Shown here in pieces: positions 44,860 through 53,293 of a stretch of DNA of 64,000 bases. The first letter of the stretch is position 1. Each line of letters opens with the position of its first letter. The translations under genes were made by a program, and so were the position numbers. This stretch comes from an uncultured Acidobacteriota bacterium (GTDB taxonomy: Bacteria > Acidobacteriota > UBA6911): contig CAZPHK010000003.1 of assembly GCA_964586015.1 (NCBI GenBank), positions 358 to 64,357 on the forward strand, in the 5' to 3' direction. Below the pieces are notes generated by a model, which saw nothing but the letters and a program-made list of their open reading frames with translations, did not search any database and was not told the DNA's origin.

Positions 44860-44875
44860 TGGCACTGATCTTGCA
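44860..44875 (+). promoter_or_regulatory. Sigma-54 (-24/-12) promoter
   Basis: TGGCAC-tgatc-TTGCA is an exact consensus match. Lies 28 nt upstream of ATG 44903. Confidence 0.8.
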
Positions 44876-44902
44876 TAGACTTAGGACGGAGGAAAACCGT
44901 AC

Positions 44903-45280
44903 ATGAAAGTGGCTATACCACATCATGGCGAGGATGTAACACCCTATTTCGAATACACAGGCGGGATTACGATTTACGAGATCCATAAAAACAGGGTCGT
45001 TGCCCAAACCGATTTTACCCTCAGAAGCAGAGAGAAACTGGACCGTGTCCGTCTCCTGAGGGACCAGGGCGTATCGGTCCTGATCTGCAGTGGAATCCAG
45101 GCTGCCCACGAGGACCTGCTGACGGCTTCCGGCATTCAGGTTATTCCCTGGGTTTCAGGAAAGACTAACGAAGTGCTGCATCTTTTTCTGGAGAATGCGT
45201 TGGCTCCTGGTTCGGCTGACTGTGAGTCACAGGATGAAGGAAACACTAAAGAATCAAACGAAGGGATCACCGATTCATGA
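44903..45280 (+). CDS. NifB/NifX-family (dinitrogenase FeMo-cofactor-binding fold) protein
   Basis: 125 aa. MKVAIPHHGEDVTPYFEYTGGITIYEI...VSVLICSGIQAAHEDLLTASGIQVI. Confidence 0.7.
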   Translation: MKVAIPHHGEDVTPYFEYTGGITIYEIHKNRVVAQTDFTLRSREKLDRVRLLRDQGVSVLICSGIQAAHEDLLTASGIQVIPWVSGKTNEVLHLFLENALAPGSADCESQDEGNTKESNEGITDS

Positions 45281-45318
45281 CGCCATCAACAGGCCAATCC
45301 AATAAGAGGAACCGGTAA

Positions 45319-46584
45319 ATGAACTGCAAAGACAGTTGGGATTGGCAACCGGACCGGAAAGTTGTAGCCGACCTGTCCCGGCTTCGCAGCAGTTATTCCG
45401 GAATCGAAGAATTCGCCGCCAGTCCGGACGGCCAGGTGCTGGCCGCCCTGGTTAAAACGGAAGACGACCGGTTTGCCGTTTGGGCGGACGGTCAGGAGTG
45501 GCCGGATAAATTCGAACTGGCCTGGTGCCTGAGATTCTCACCGTCGGGCAGGTTGATCGTGCTGGTCAGGATCGACGATGAATGGACCGTTGCGGCGGAC
45601 GGCAAATCCTGGCAGGAACGCTTCGAATACGCCTGGGACCCACTGTTTGGGAACGACGGACTGGTAGTCGGCATAAAATACAAACGGGCGAACCAGTACG
45701 GCATCGCCATAGAAGACAAGGTCTGGGAAAAAGGGTTCGCCGGTCTGCGTGATTACTGCCTGAGCCCTGACGGTTTGAGGGCCGCAGCGACCGTCCAGGT
45801 CAAGGCTTTGCCTGAAGCGGATATATTCGGCTTCTTCGAAGGAGTCTGGTCTGTTGCGGTCGACGGCAAAGCCTGGGACAAGCAGTACATTAACGCCTGG
45901 AATCCTGTTTTTAATGCGGACGGCGATACGGTGGCCGCCGAGGTCCGGACGGACATCTGCGATTATACCATCGCCCGGGACAACGAACCCTGGGACTCGC
46001 GGTACGGCTGCGTCTGGGCGCCGGTTTTTCATCCCCATGACAATTCCGTAATTGCAGCGGTCCGGAATCAGGGCAGCTGGATGTTATACCGGAACAACGA
46101 GCCGTTCTGGCAAGGGCGCTACAACCAGATGTGGAACCAGCGCTTGAGCCGCGACGGTTCGAGAGTCGCCGCCATTGTCTCCCCGGATTACGGCAAATGG
46201 ACGATTGCGGTGGACGACAGGCCCTGGCCGAAGCTTTTTTCAGACATGGTACTTGCGCCGGTATTTTCAACGGATGGACAGCGGGTGGCTGCGGTGGTGA
46301 AAGATGGGGGGCGCTGGACGGTAGCGGTGGATGGAGTACCGCTCAAAGAGAGCTTCGATATGATCTGGGATCCGGTGTTCAGCCCCTGCGGGCAGCAGGT
46401 GCTGGCTGTGGCGGAGAACAGCGGCCGATTCGTGATTCTGGCCAACGGCCGGAAATATCCTAAAACATTTCAGAAGCTGTGGAATCCGGTGTTCAGTCCG
46501 GACGGCAGAAATGTGTTGTTGAAGTATATAGAGGATGACAAGTGCTGCCGTCAGGTCGTTCCGGTTGAAGAACTGCTCGGCTGA
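45319..46584 (+). CDS. Tryptophan-rich repeat (beta-propeller-like) protein, TmcD-like (tentative)
   Basis: 421 aa with 22 Trp. About 8-9 repeats of W-x-[VI]-A-V-D-G-x-x-W-x(3)-F-x(3)-W-x-P-V-F-S-x-D-G. Confidence 0.7.
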   Translation: MNCKDSWDWQPDRKVVADLSRLRSSYSGIEEFAASPDGQVLAALVKTEDDRFAVWADGQEWPDKFELAWCLRFSPSGRLIVLVRIDDEWTVAADGKSWQERFEYAWDPLFGNDGLVVGIKYKRANQYGIAIEDKVWEKGFAGLRDYCLSPDGLRAAATVQVKALPEADIFGFFEGVWSVAVDGKAWDKQYINAWNPVFNADGDTVAAEVRTDICDYTIARDNEPWDSRYGCVWAPVFHPHDNSVIAAVRNQGSWMLYRNNEPFWQGRYNQMWNQRLSRDGSRVAAIVSPDYGKWTIAVDDRPWPKLFSDMVLAPVFSTDGQRVAAVVKDGGRWTVAVDGVPLKESFDMIWDPVFSPCGQQVLAVAENSGRFVILANGRKYPKTFQKLWNPVFSPDGRNVLLKYIEDDKCCRQVVPVEELLG

Positions 46585-46621
46585 TAACAATTTTTGATCT
46601 GACTGCAGGCGGGAGCATAGC

Positions 46622-47269
46622 GTGTACGATTTTTCAAAAGGACCGCTGGTTTGGATAGCCTTCGGGATCTTCCTGATCGGAAGTATTTACCGGATCATCA
46701 TGGTCGTAAAGCTTTCCAAAAAGGACAAGGTGGTCCTGCCCTATATGAACTGGAAATACGGCTTGCGCTCGATTTTGCACTGGATTACCCCATTCGGCGC
46801 CCGCAACATGAGGCTGCGGCCGGCTTTCACCGTAATGACCTATCTGTTCCATCTCTCCCTGCTGCTGGTGCCGATTTTTACGCTGGGCCACGCTATCCTG
46901 TGGCGGGAATCGTGGGGCATCGACTGGTGGGCGCTGCCCAACCTTCTGAGCAAGCTCATGACCTTCATCGTCATCATAGCCGGGGTGATATTTGTGCTCA
47001 GAAGAATCGCCGACCCGACCGTTCGGTTCGTGACCTCGGCCGGCGACATTGTTCTGGTCGTTGTGGTGCTGGCCCCGTTTGTGACCGGTTTGATGGCCTA
47101 CTACCAGCTCGTCGCGTATCAAGCGATCCTTATCATACATATCTGGACCGGCGCCCTGTGGCTGGCCATTATACCGTTTACCCGAATCGCGCATATGCTT
47201 TACTTCGCCCTTACCAGGGCTTATATGGGGTGTGAATTCGGTTACGTTCGTCATTCGAAAGACTGGTAG
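46622..47269 (+). CDS. hmcE: Integral-membrane cytochrome b-type subunit (NarI/HmcE/TmcC/DsrM family)
   Basis: GTG start after GGGAG. 215 aa with about 5 TM helices carrying conserved His residues. Confidence 0.7.
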   Translation: MYDFSKGPLVWIAFGIFLIGSIYRIIMVVKLSKKDKVVLPYMNWKYGLRSILHWITPFGARNMRLRPAFTVMTYLFHLSLLLVPIFTLGHAILWRESWGIDWWALPNLLSKLMTFIVIIAGVIFVLRRIADPTVRFVTSAGDIVLVVVVLAPFVTGLMAYYQLVAYQAILIIHIWTGALWLAIIPFTRIAHMLYFALTRAYMGCEFGYVRHSKDW

Positions 47270-47272
47270 ATT

Positions 47273-48601
47273 ATGAGAGAAACCCCGGAGAGCCGGGTTG
47301 TAGATCCCGGGCTGGATGAAACCATCAAGAAACTGACTCCCGAGAAGATCCAGTCCGTGGTCGAGCACGTATTGACGAAAGAGAACGCGGCACGGCTGAA
47401 AGTCTATTCGGATACCTGCGTTCACTGCGGTTTATGCGCTGAAGCCTGTCAAACCTACATCTCCCGGGACAAGGATCCTTATTTCTCTCCGGTGGGCAAA
47501 GTAAAAAATACCTTGTGGGAACTGGTGAAGAACAAGGGTCGGGTCCCGCCCGAGTCGATCCGGGACATGTCGAGAATCGTGTTCACCGAATGCGCCGTCT
47601 GCCGGCGCTGCAGCATGTACTGCCCGTTCGGAATCGACATCGCCTATTTGTTATTGGTCGTCCGGCGGATCTGCAGCCTGCTTGGCGTGGTGCCGGCGTA
47701 CCTTCAGGATACCACCAACAGTCACGCAGCAACCATGAACCAGATGTGGGTTCAGCAGGACGAATGGATCGACACCCTCCAGTGGCAGGAGGAAGAAGCC
47801 CAGGCGGAGATACCCGCGTGCCGGATCCCCCTGGAGAAGGAAGGAGCCGAGGTGATGTACTCGGTTATCGCACCGGAGCCCAAAATTCTGGCCCAGCTGC
47901 TGGGCAATATGTCCCAGATTATGACGGTGGCCGGGATTGATTGGACCATGCCGGCTACCGACGGGTGGGACAACAGCAACATGGCGATGTATTCCGGCGA
48001 TTTCGAAGTCATGGGTCGGGTGGAACGTCTCCACTGGGAAACGGCGGCACGGCTCAAGGTCAAAAAAATCGTTATGGGTGAGTGCGGGCACGCCTTCCGC
48101 GGCGCTGTTTACGACGGCCCCCGCTGGCTGGGTTGGAAATTTCCGCCCATTCCGATGGTCCACGCCATCGAGTTTTACTACGATCTGCTTAAAAGCGGCC
48201 GCATCAAGGTCCGTGAAAAATACAAGAAGTCCGTCACCGTCCAGGACCCCTGTAACACCGTCAGGGGCCGCGGACTGGGAAACAAGCTCCGATACGTGGT
48301 CAACGAACTGTGCGAGAGCTTTATTGACGTGAATCCGCGCCTGGAGCACAACTACTGCTGCATGGCCGGCGGCGGCACCATAAACTGCGGCCCGCCCTGG
48401 AAGCGGTCCCGAATGATTTCGAATCGGGTCAAAGCGGAACAGATTGAAGCCACCGGCGCTGATGTGGTGATCACACCCTGCCACAACTGCCACAGCGGCA
48501 TAGAGGATATCGTCGGTTTCTACAAACTGAAAAAACATGTGAAATTTATCAGCGAGATTATGGTCGAGGTGATGGAAATCCCTGACTCCTTAAAGGCTTG
48601 A
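47273..48601 (+). CDS. hmcF: Cytoplasmic Fe-S protein of the HdrD/HmcF/TmcB/DsrK family
   Basis: CVHCGLCAEAC and CAVCRRCSMYCPFG ferredoxin motifs. CCG-type Cys motifs (NYCCMAGGG, ITPCHNCHSG). Confidence 0.8.
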   Translation: MRETPESRVVDPGLDETIKKLTPEKIQSVVEHVLTKENAARLKVYSDTCVHCGLCAEACQTYISRDKDPYFSPVGKVKNTLWELVKNKGRVPPESIRDMSRIVFTECAVCRRCSMYCPFGIDIAYLLLVVRRICSLLGVVPAYLQDTTNSHAATMNQMWVQQDEWIDTLQWQEEEAQAEIPACRIPLEKEGAEVMYSVIAPEPKILAQLLGNMSQIMTVAGIDWTMPATDGWDNSNMAMYSGDFEVMGRVERLHWETAARLKVKKIVMGECGHAFRGAVYDGPRWLGWKFPPIPMVHAIEFYYDLLKSGRIKVREKYKKSVTVQDPCNTVRGRGLGNKLRYVVNELCESFIDVNPRLEHNYCCMAGGGTINCGPPWKRSRMISNRVKAEQIEATGADVVITPCHNCHSGIEDIVGFYKLKKHVKFISEIMVEVMEIPDSLKA

Positions 48602-48620
48602 GGTCACGGGAGCACGTATT

Positions 48621-50207
48621 ATGTTCAGTCAAGCTAAAATAAAATGCCTGGTGCCGGCAATGCTGCTGTTTACTCTGACGGCCGCTTGCCTGTTGGGATC
48701 ATTCGGCTGCAGCCAGGGGAAGGGTGCGGAAAGCTCGTCCCGGCCCGATTTGATCACTATGGACGGCTTGGCATCCTTCCGTCCGCTGGAACGTCCCGCG
48801 GTCCAGTTTCCGCACGATCTGCACACAAATAATCTGGCCAGGCAGAACCAGGACTGCAGCGTCTGTCATCCCGCCCGTGAAGACGGTCTTCCATCCCCGT
48901 TGTTCATGAGGCTCGAGGATACGGACCGGGAAGAGCTCGAAGAGCTGTATCATACTAACTGTATCGACTGTCATTCCAAACCCGGTCTCGAGGGCAGAGA
49001 TTCCGGGCCGGTGGAGTGCGGCCAATGCCACCGCCGCGACCCGGTTTACACCTCATCCCGGCTGCCGTTCGGCTTCGATAAATCGCTGCACTACCGGCAC
49101 ATCGAAGCCAACGAAAACAAATGTGAAAACTGCCATCATGTGTACGATGAGGAATCCGAACAACTGGTCTATAAGGAAGGCACCGAGAGCTCATGCCGGG
49201 ACTGTCACCACAGCCGGACCGAGGAAAACCGGATATCATTTCGCCAGGCCGCCCATCAGCAATGTATCGGCTGTCATTATGAACTGAGCCGGCAGCAGCC
49301 GGTTCAGGCCGCCGGCCCTGTAGACTGCGCCGGCTGTCATGACCGCAGCCGCCAGCTGGCGATTAAGGTGATCGAGAATCCTCCCCGGCTTGAGCGAAAC
49401 CAGCCCGACTTCGTTTTGCTGAGTACGGCTGAAGACGACCTGGCCGCCAGTAAGCTCAACACCGTTCCGTTCCCCCATGCTGCCCACGAAGGTTTTACCG
49501 AGACCTGCCGGGTCTGCCATCATGAGACCCTGTCAGCCTGCAAAGAGTGCCACACCCTGGCCGGCAGCGATAAGAGCAGCGGCGTCACCCTCCAGGAGGC
49601 CATGCACGAACCGACGTCCGGTCACAGCTGCATCGGCTGCCATCAGGAGCAAGAGACAAATTCCGGCTGCGCCGGCTGTCATGGGCTCATGGCGCAGGAC
49701 CGCCTGTCGGAACGTACCTGCGCCATCTGCCACGCCGGACCCTCTCCGGATACTCTGGCCTCGGTTCGGTCGAACTATCATTCTCTGGACGATTTCCGGC
49801 CGAGTGCGGCTGATGTCGCCCTCAGTTTCACGGCCGACGAGATTCCTGAAAGTGTCACAATCGGAATCCTGTCGAAAGAATACCCGGCCGTCGAGATGCC
49901 CCATAAAAAAATCATCGATGTCCTGACAGAACACATTAACAGCAGCAAGTTGGCCCGGTATTTTCACGGCCGTCAAGATGTTATGTGTGAGGGCTGCCAC
50001 CACAACGGCTCGATCGGCCGGGAGCCGGCCCTGTGCTCCAACTGCCACGGCCGGCCGTTCGATGAACGGAATTTGTTCAAACCGGGCCTGTACGGCGCCT
50101 ATCACCGGTCGTGCATCGGCTGTCACAACAGCATGGGAATGGAAGAACTGGCGGAATGCATCACCTGCCATCCCAACAAGATTGAAACCGCAAGAGCGAG
50201 TCATTGA
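48621..50207 (+). CDS. hmcA: Sixteen-haem high-molecular-weight cytochrome c (HmcA-like)
   Basis: 528 aa. Signal peptide with a possible lipobox. I counted exactly 16 CXXCH motifs in the translation. Confidence 0.85.
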   Translation: MFSQAKIKCLVPAMLLFTLTAACLLGSFGCSQGKGAESSSRPDLITMDGLASFRPLERPAVQFPHDLHTNNLARQNQDCSVCHPAREDGLPSPLFMRLEDTDREELEELYHTNCIDCHSKPGLEGRDSGPVECGQCHRRDPVYTSSRLPFGFDKSLHYRHIEANENKCENCHHVYDEESEQLVYKEGTESSCRDCHHSRTEENRISFRQAAHQQCIGCHYELSRQQPVQAAGPVDCAGCHDRSRQLAIKVIENPPRLERNQPDFVLLSTAEDDLAASKLNTVPFPHAAHEGFTETCRVCHHETLSACKECHTLAGSDKSSGVTLQEAMHEPTSGHSCIGCHQEQETNSGCAGCHGLMAQDRLSERTCAICHAGPSPDTLASVRSNYHSLDDFRPSAADVALSFTADEIPESVTIGILSKEYPAVEMPHKKIIDVLTEHINSSKLARYFHGRQDVMCEGCHHNGSIGREPALCSNCHGRPFDERNLFKPGLYGAYHRSCIGCHNSMGMEELAECITCHPNKIETARASH

Positions 50208-50235
50208 TTCGCCGGGAAGAGCGAAGGAGCTTCCG

Positions 50236-51285
50236 ATGAGCACCTCACGTCGAAATTTTCTCAAGTGGGCAACCGCTGCGGGCGCCGCCCTGACCGTGCC
50301 GAAAACCGGCCGGGCCCATGAGCATTTTACCGGTTATCCCGACAGTCATGGAGTCCTCCATGACACCACACTGTGCATCGGCTGCAGGAGATGCGAGGAA
50401 GCCTGCAACCGCGTGAACAACCTGCCGGCTCCGGACAAACCGTTCGACGATCCCGCGGTACTCGAAACTAAACGGCGAACCGACGACAGGGCCTTCACCG
50501 TCGTCAACCAATATCCGGTCAGTATCGGCGCCGAATCGCCCGTCTTTCGCAAACAGCAGTGCAACCACTGCCAGGAACCGGCCTGCGCCTCGGCCTGTTT
50601 TGTCGGCGCCTTCACCAAAACTCCCGAAGGTCCGGTAGTGTACGATGCTTCAGTCTGTGTCGGCTGCCGTTATTGCATCATCGCCTGTCCTTTCAATGTG
50701 CCGGCCTTCGAATACGGAAAAGTCCTGGAACCCAAGGTGATGAAGTGCACCATGTGCCATCCCCGGCTGCTCGAGGGCAAGCTGCCCGGTTGCGTGGAGG
50801 CCTGCCCACAGGAGGCCTTGACATACGGCAAGCGTACCGACCTGATAACGATCGCGCGCGAGCGGATCCGCAAATACCCGGAACGCTATATCGATCACAT
50901 CTACGGTGAGGATGAGGTTGGCGGCACCAACTGGCTGTATATCACAGGCGCTCCCTTCGAGGAACTCGATCTCCGGACGGACCTGGGCGTGACGCCGGCT
51001 CCTGAATTGACCTCGGGCGCCCTGTCGCTGGTACCGGCAATCGTGGGAGTCTGGCCGGCGCTTTTAGGGGGGATTTACCTCATATCCCGGCGGAACGAGA
51101 AAAGCGCGTCACGGGACAAAGAAGAGGCCGTCCGGACGGCGGTTGACGCCACTCAGGCGGCAGCCAACGAAGCGATGAAAAAGGCCAGGGAGAAAGCCGA
51201 TCAGGACAAGGAAAAAGCCGTGGAACTCGCCGTGAAAAAGGCCCTGGAAGCGGCAGCCAAGGAGAAGGGTAAGGAGGAACTATAG
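50236..51285 (+). CDS. hmcB: Tat-exported 4Fe-4S protein with a C-terminal TM anchor (HmcB-like)
   Basis: ATG 50236 after [23 protein letters not shown] Tat signal. Four Cys clusters. The upstream part of the track ORF overlaps hmcA and is rejected. Confidence 0.85.
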   Translation: MSTSRRNFLKWATAAGAALTVPKTGRAHEHFTGYPDSHGVLHDTTLCIGCRRCEEACNRVNNLPAPDKPFDDPAVLETKRRTDDRAFTVVNQYPVSIGAESPVFRKQQCNHCQEPACASACFVGAFTKTPEGPVVYDASVCVGCRYCIIACPFNVPAFEYGKVLEPKVMKCTMCHPRLLEGKLPGCVEACPQEALTYGKRTDLITIARERIRKYPERYIDHIYGEDEVGGTNWLYITGAPFEELDLRTDLGVTPAPELTSGALSLVPAIVGVWPALLGGIYLISRRNEKSASRDKEEAVRTAVDATQAAANEAMKKAREKADQDKEKAVELAVKKALEAAAKEKGKEEL

Positions 51286-52457
51286 TGTCCGGCCCCGGGA
51301 ACAGCATCAAAGAATCACCGTTTAGCCGTTTCAACATTGTAGCGGGGATTATCGTAATCCTGGGCCTTTTCCTGACGTATCTTCGATTTACCCGGGGATT
51401 GGGCGGTGTCACCAACCTGGACAATAACAGCCCGTGGGGCATCTGGATCGGGTTCGATTTATTGTGCGGGGTCGCTCTGGCCGCCGGAGGATATACCACC
51501 GCGGCGGCAGTCGAAATATTCGGCTTGAAGAAATACCACGCTGCGCTGAGGCCGGCGATTCTGACCGGGTTCCTGGGCTATTCCATGGTCGTGCTGGCCC
51601 TGGTCTACGATGTGGGCCGGCCCTGGCGGCTGCCCTATCCGTTCTTTGTCAGGCAGGGGGTCACTTCAGTGATGTTCGAAGTAGGCGCCTGTGTGCTGCT
51701 GTATCTGACCGTGCTGTTTCTCGAATTTTCACCGATGGCCCTCGAATGGCTGGGCTACAAAAAACTCCGTCGTCTGGTGCTGCGCCTTTCCCTGCTGCTT
51801 ACCATTTTGGGAGTGGTTCTGTCCACCATGCACCAGTCTTCGCTCGGCGCGCTGTTTTTGATAGCACCGTCAAAACTGCACCCCTTATGGTATTCACCGT
51901 ATCTGCCCGTCTTTTTCTTCGTGTCCAGCATCGCCGCAGGCCTGTCGATGGTTATTTTTGAGGGCACTCTGGCCCACCGGCATTTTCACCATAAAATGGA
52001 CGAACAGCATCTCCAGACATCCGACCGGGTGGTTCTAGGATTCGGCAAAGGCGCCTCAATAGTGCTGGCCGCATATTTCGCCATAAAGATTTTCGGGGTG
52101 GCGCTGGGCAACAACTGGCATTACCTGGGCACCGGATACGGGCTGTGGTTCCTGGTGGAAATTTTTGGATTCGTGTTGCTGCCCTGCTTTCTTTATGCAG
52201 TCGGCGTGCGTGATCGGAACGTGAAGCTGATCCGTGTTACGGCTGGATGGACCGTGCTGGGGATCATCGTCAATCGCCTGAATATCGCCTGGCTCTGTTT
52301 CAACTGGCAGCTGCCCTGGTCGGAGCGATATGTCCCTCACTGGATGGAAATAGGCGTTTCCCTGTTTGTCATCACCTTTGGCCTGGTAATTTATCGTTTT
52401 ATCGTCACACGGATGCCGGTATTTTACGAACACCCGGAATACCGGGAAACTCACTAG
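51285..52457 (+). CDS. hmcC: NrfD/PsrC-family integral membrane subunit (HmcC-like)
   Basis: GTG 51285 after AAGGAGGA, overlapping the hmcB stop by 1 nt. 390 aa, polytopic. Confidence 0.8.
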   Translation: MSGPGNSIKESPFSRFNIVAGIIVILGLFLTYLRFTRGLGGVTNLDNNSPWGIWIGFDLLCGVALAAGGYTTAAAVEIFGLKKYHAALRPAILTGFLGYSMVVLALVYDVGRPWRLPYPFFVRQGVTSVMFEVGACVLLYLTVLFLEFSPMALEWLGYKKLRRLVLRLSLLLTILGVVLSTMHQSSLGALFLIAPSKLHPLWYSPYLPVFFFVSSIAAGLSMVIFEGTLAHRHFHHKMDEQHLQTSDRVVLGFGKGASIVLAAYFAIKIFGVALGNNWHYLGTGYGLWFLVEIFGFVLLPCFLYAVGVRDRNVKLIRVTAGWTVLGIIVNRLNIAWLCFNWQLPWSERYVPHWMEIGVSLFVITFGLVIYRFIVTRMPVFYEHPEYRETH

Positions 52458-52472
52458 GAGGAAAGCAGAATA

Positions 52473-52610
52473 GTGAGCGAGCATATCCATACACTTCAAG
52501 AGTTCATGCTGCAGACGAAGGGAATCCTCTACCTGCTGGCGATCTGTTATTTCGTTGGATTCATATGGTTCTGGAAATTTCTCCACGGCCGGAACAGGAA
52601 TGATGATTAA
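52473..52610 (+). CDS. 45-aa single-TM protein (candidate HmcD-like small subunit); below the ORF-track cut-off
   Basis: GTG 52473 lies 10 nt after AGGAGGA (52456-52462). VSEHIHTLQEFMLQTKGILYLLAICYFVGFIWFWKFLHGRNRNDD. Starts 15 nt after the hmcC stop. Confidence 0.5.
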   Translation: MSEHIHTLQEFMLQTKGILYLLAICYFVGFIWFWKFLHGRNRNDD

Positions 52611-52788
52611 CCCGCATTTTTCAAGAGGTTTCGTAGCGAGGCGGCGTATATGTGTATGGATGCAAGGCTTGCGAACGAGGGCCCCGGAGGCGTACTTTAA
52701 GTACGTCGAGGAGCCCGAGGAAGCGTAACGCAGCAGACATGCCCAGATACGTCGCCGCAGCAGAAACTTTGTGAGAAATGCGGGTTAA
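52607..52788 (+). repeat. About 180-bp element with 26-nt (extendable) imperfect terminal inverted repeats
   Basis: ttaacccgcatttttcaagaggtttc (52607-52632) pairs with gaaactttgtgagaaatgcgggttaa (52763-52788). Internal palindrome cgtact-tta-agtacg. Confidence 0.7.
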
Positions 52789-52885
52789 CCCGGTCAAGGT
52801 CCGGAACCCCCGTCGAAATTTGCTGCTCGTTGAAATTGTTGTTGTTGCCAGGATACTTTAGCTCCTCTATACTTGCTCCGGCCAG

Positions 52886-53293
52886 ATGACTAAGAAAATC
52901 CTGATAATTGACGACGAGCCGGATATTGTTCTTTACCTCAAGGTCCTGCTCGAGAATTCCGGCTACTCGGTTGTCACTGCTTCGAACGGGCAGGAAGGCA
53001 TCGAGCTGGCCCGGACCGAAGCGCCCGACCTGGTCTGTCTGGACATCATGATGCCGCGAAAAACCGGCGTCGCCCTGTACCAGGAAATCAAGATGGATCC
53101 CAAACTGAAGAAACTCCCCTGCATCATCATCAGCGCTTACGAAAGCGCCTATAGCTTCAAGGGGCAAGCCTTCAGACGCCTGGTCCAGGACAGAACCATT
53201 CCGGAACCGCTTAAGTTTTTTGAAAAACCGATCGACGCAAACGTATTTCTTGAATTCATCAATGGCTATCTGAACAAAGCGAAGAAGAAATGA
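52886..53293 (+). CDS. Stand-alone response-regulator receiver (CheY-like)
   Basis: KILIIDDEPDIV...DLVCLDIMMPRKTG. Confidence 0.85.
   Translation: MTKKILIIDDEPDIVLYLKVLLENSGYSVVTASNGQEGIELARTEAPDLVCLDIMMPRKTGVALYQEIKMDPKLKKLPCIIISAYESAYSFKGQAFRRLVQDRTIPEPLKFFEKPIDANVFLEFINGYLNKAKKK

Noticed and set aside
46634-50264. Minus-strand ORFs of 263, 295 and 243 aa
   Set aside because: Antisense to the hmcE, hmcF and hmcA genes, each of which has strong cofactor-binding motifs.
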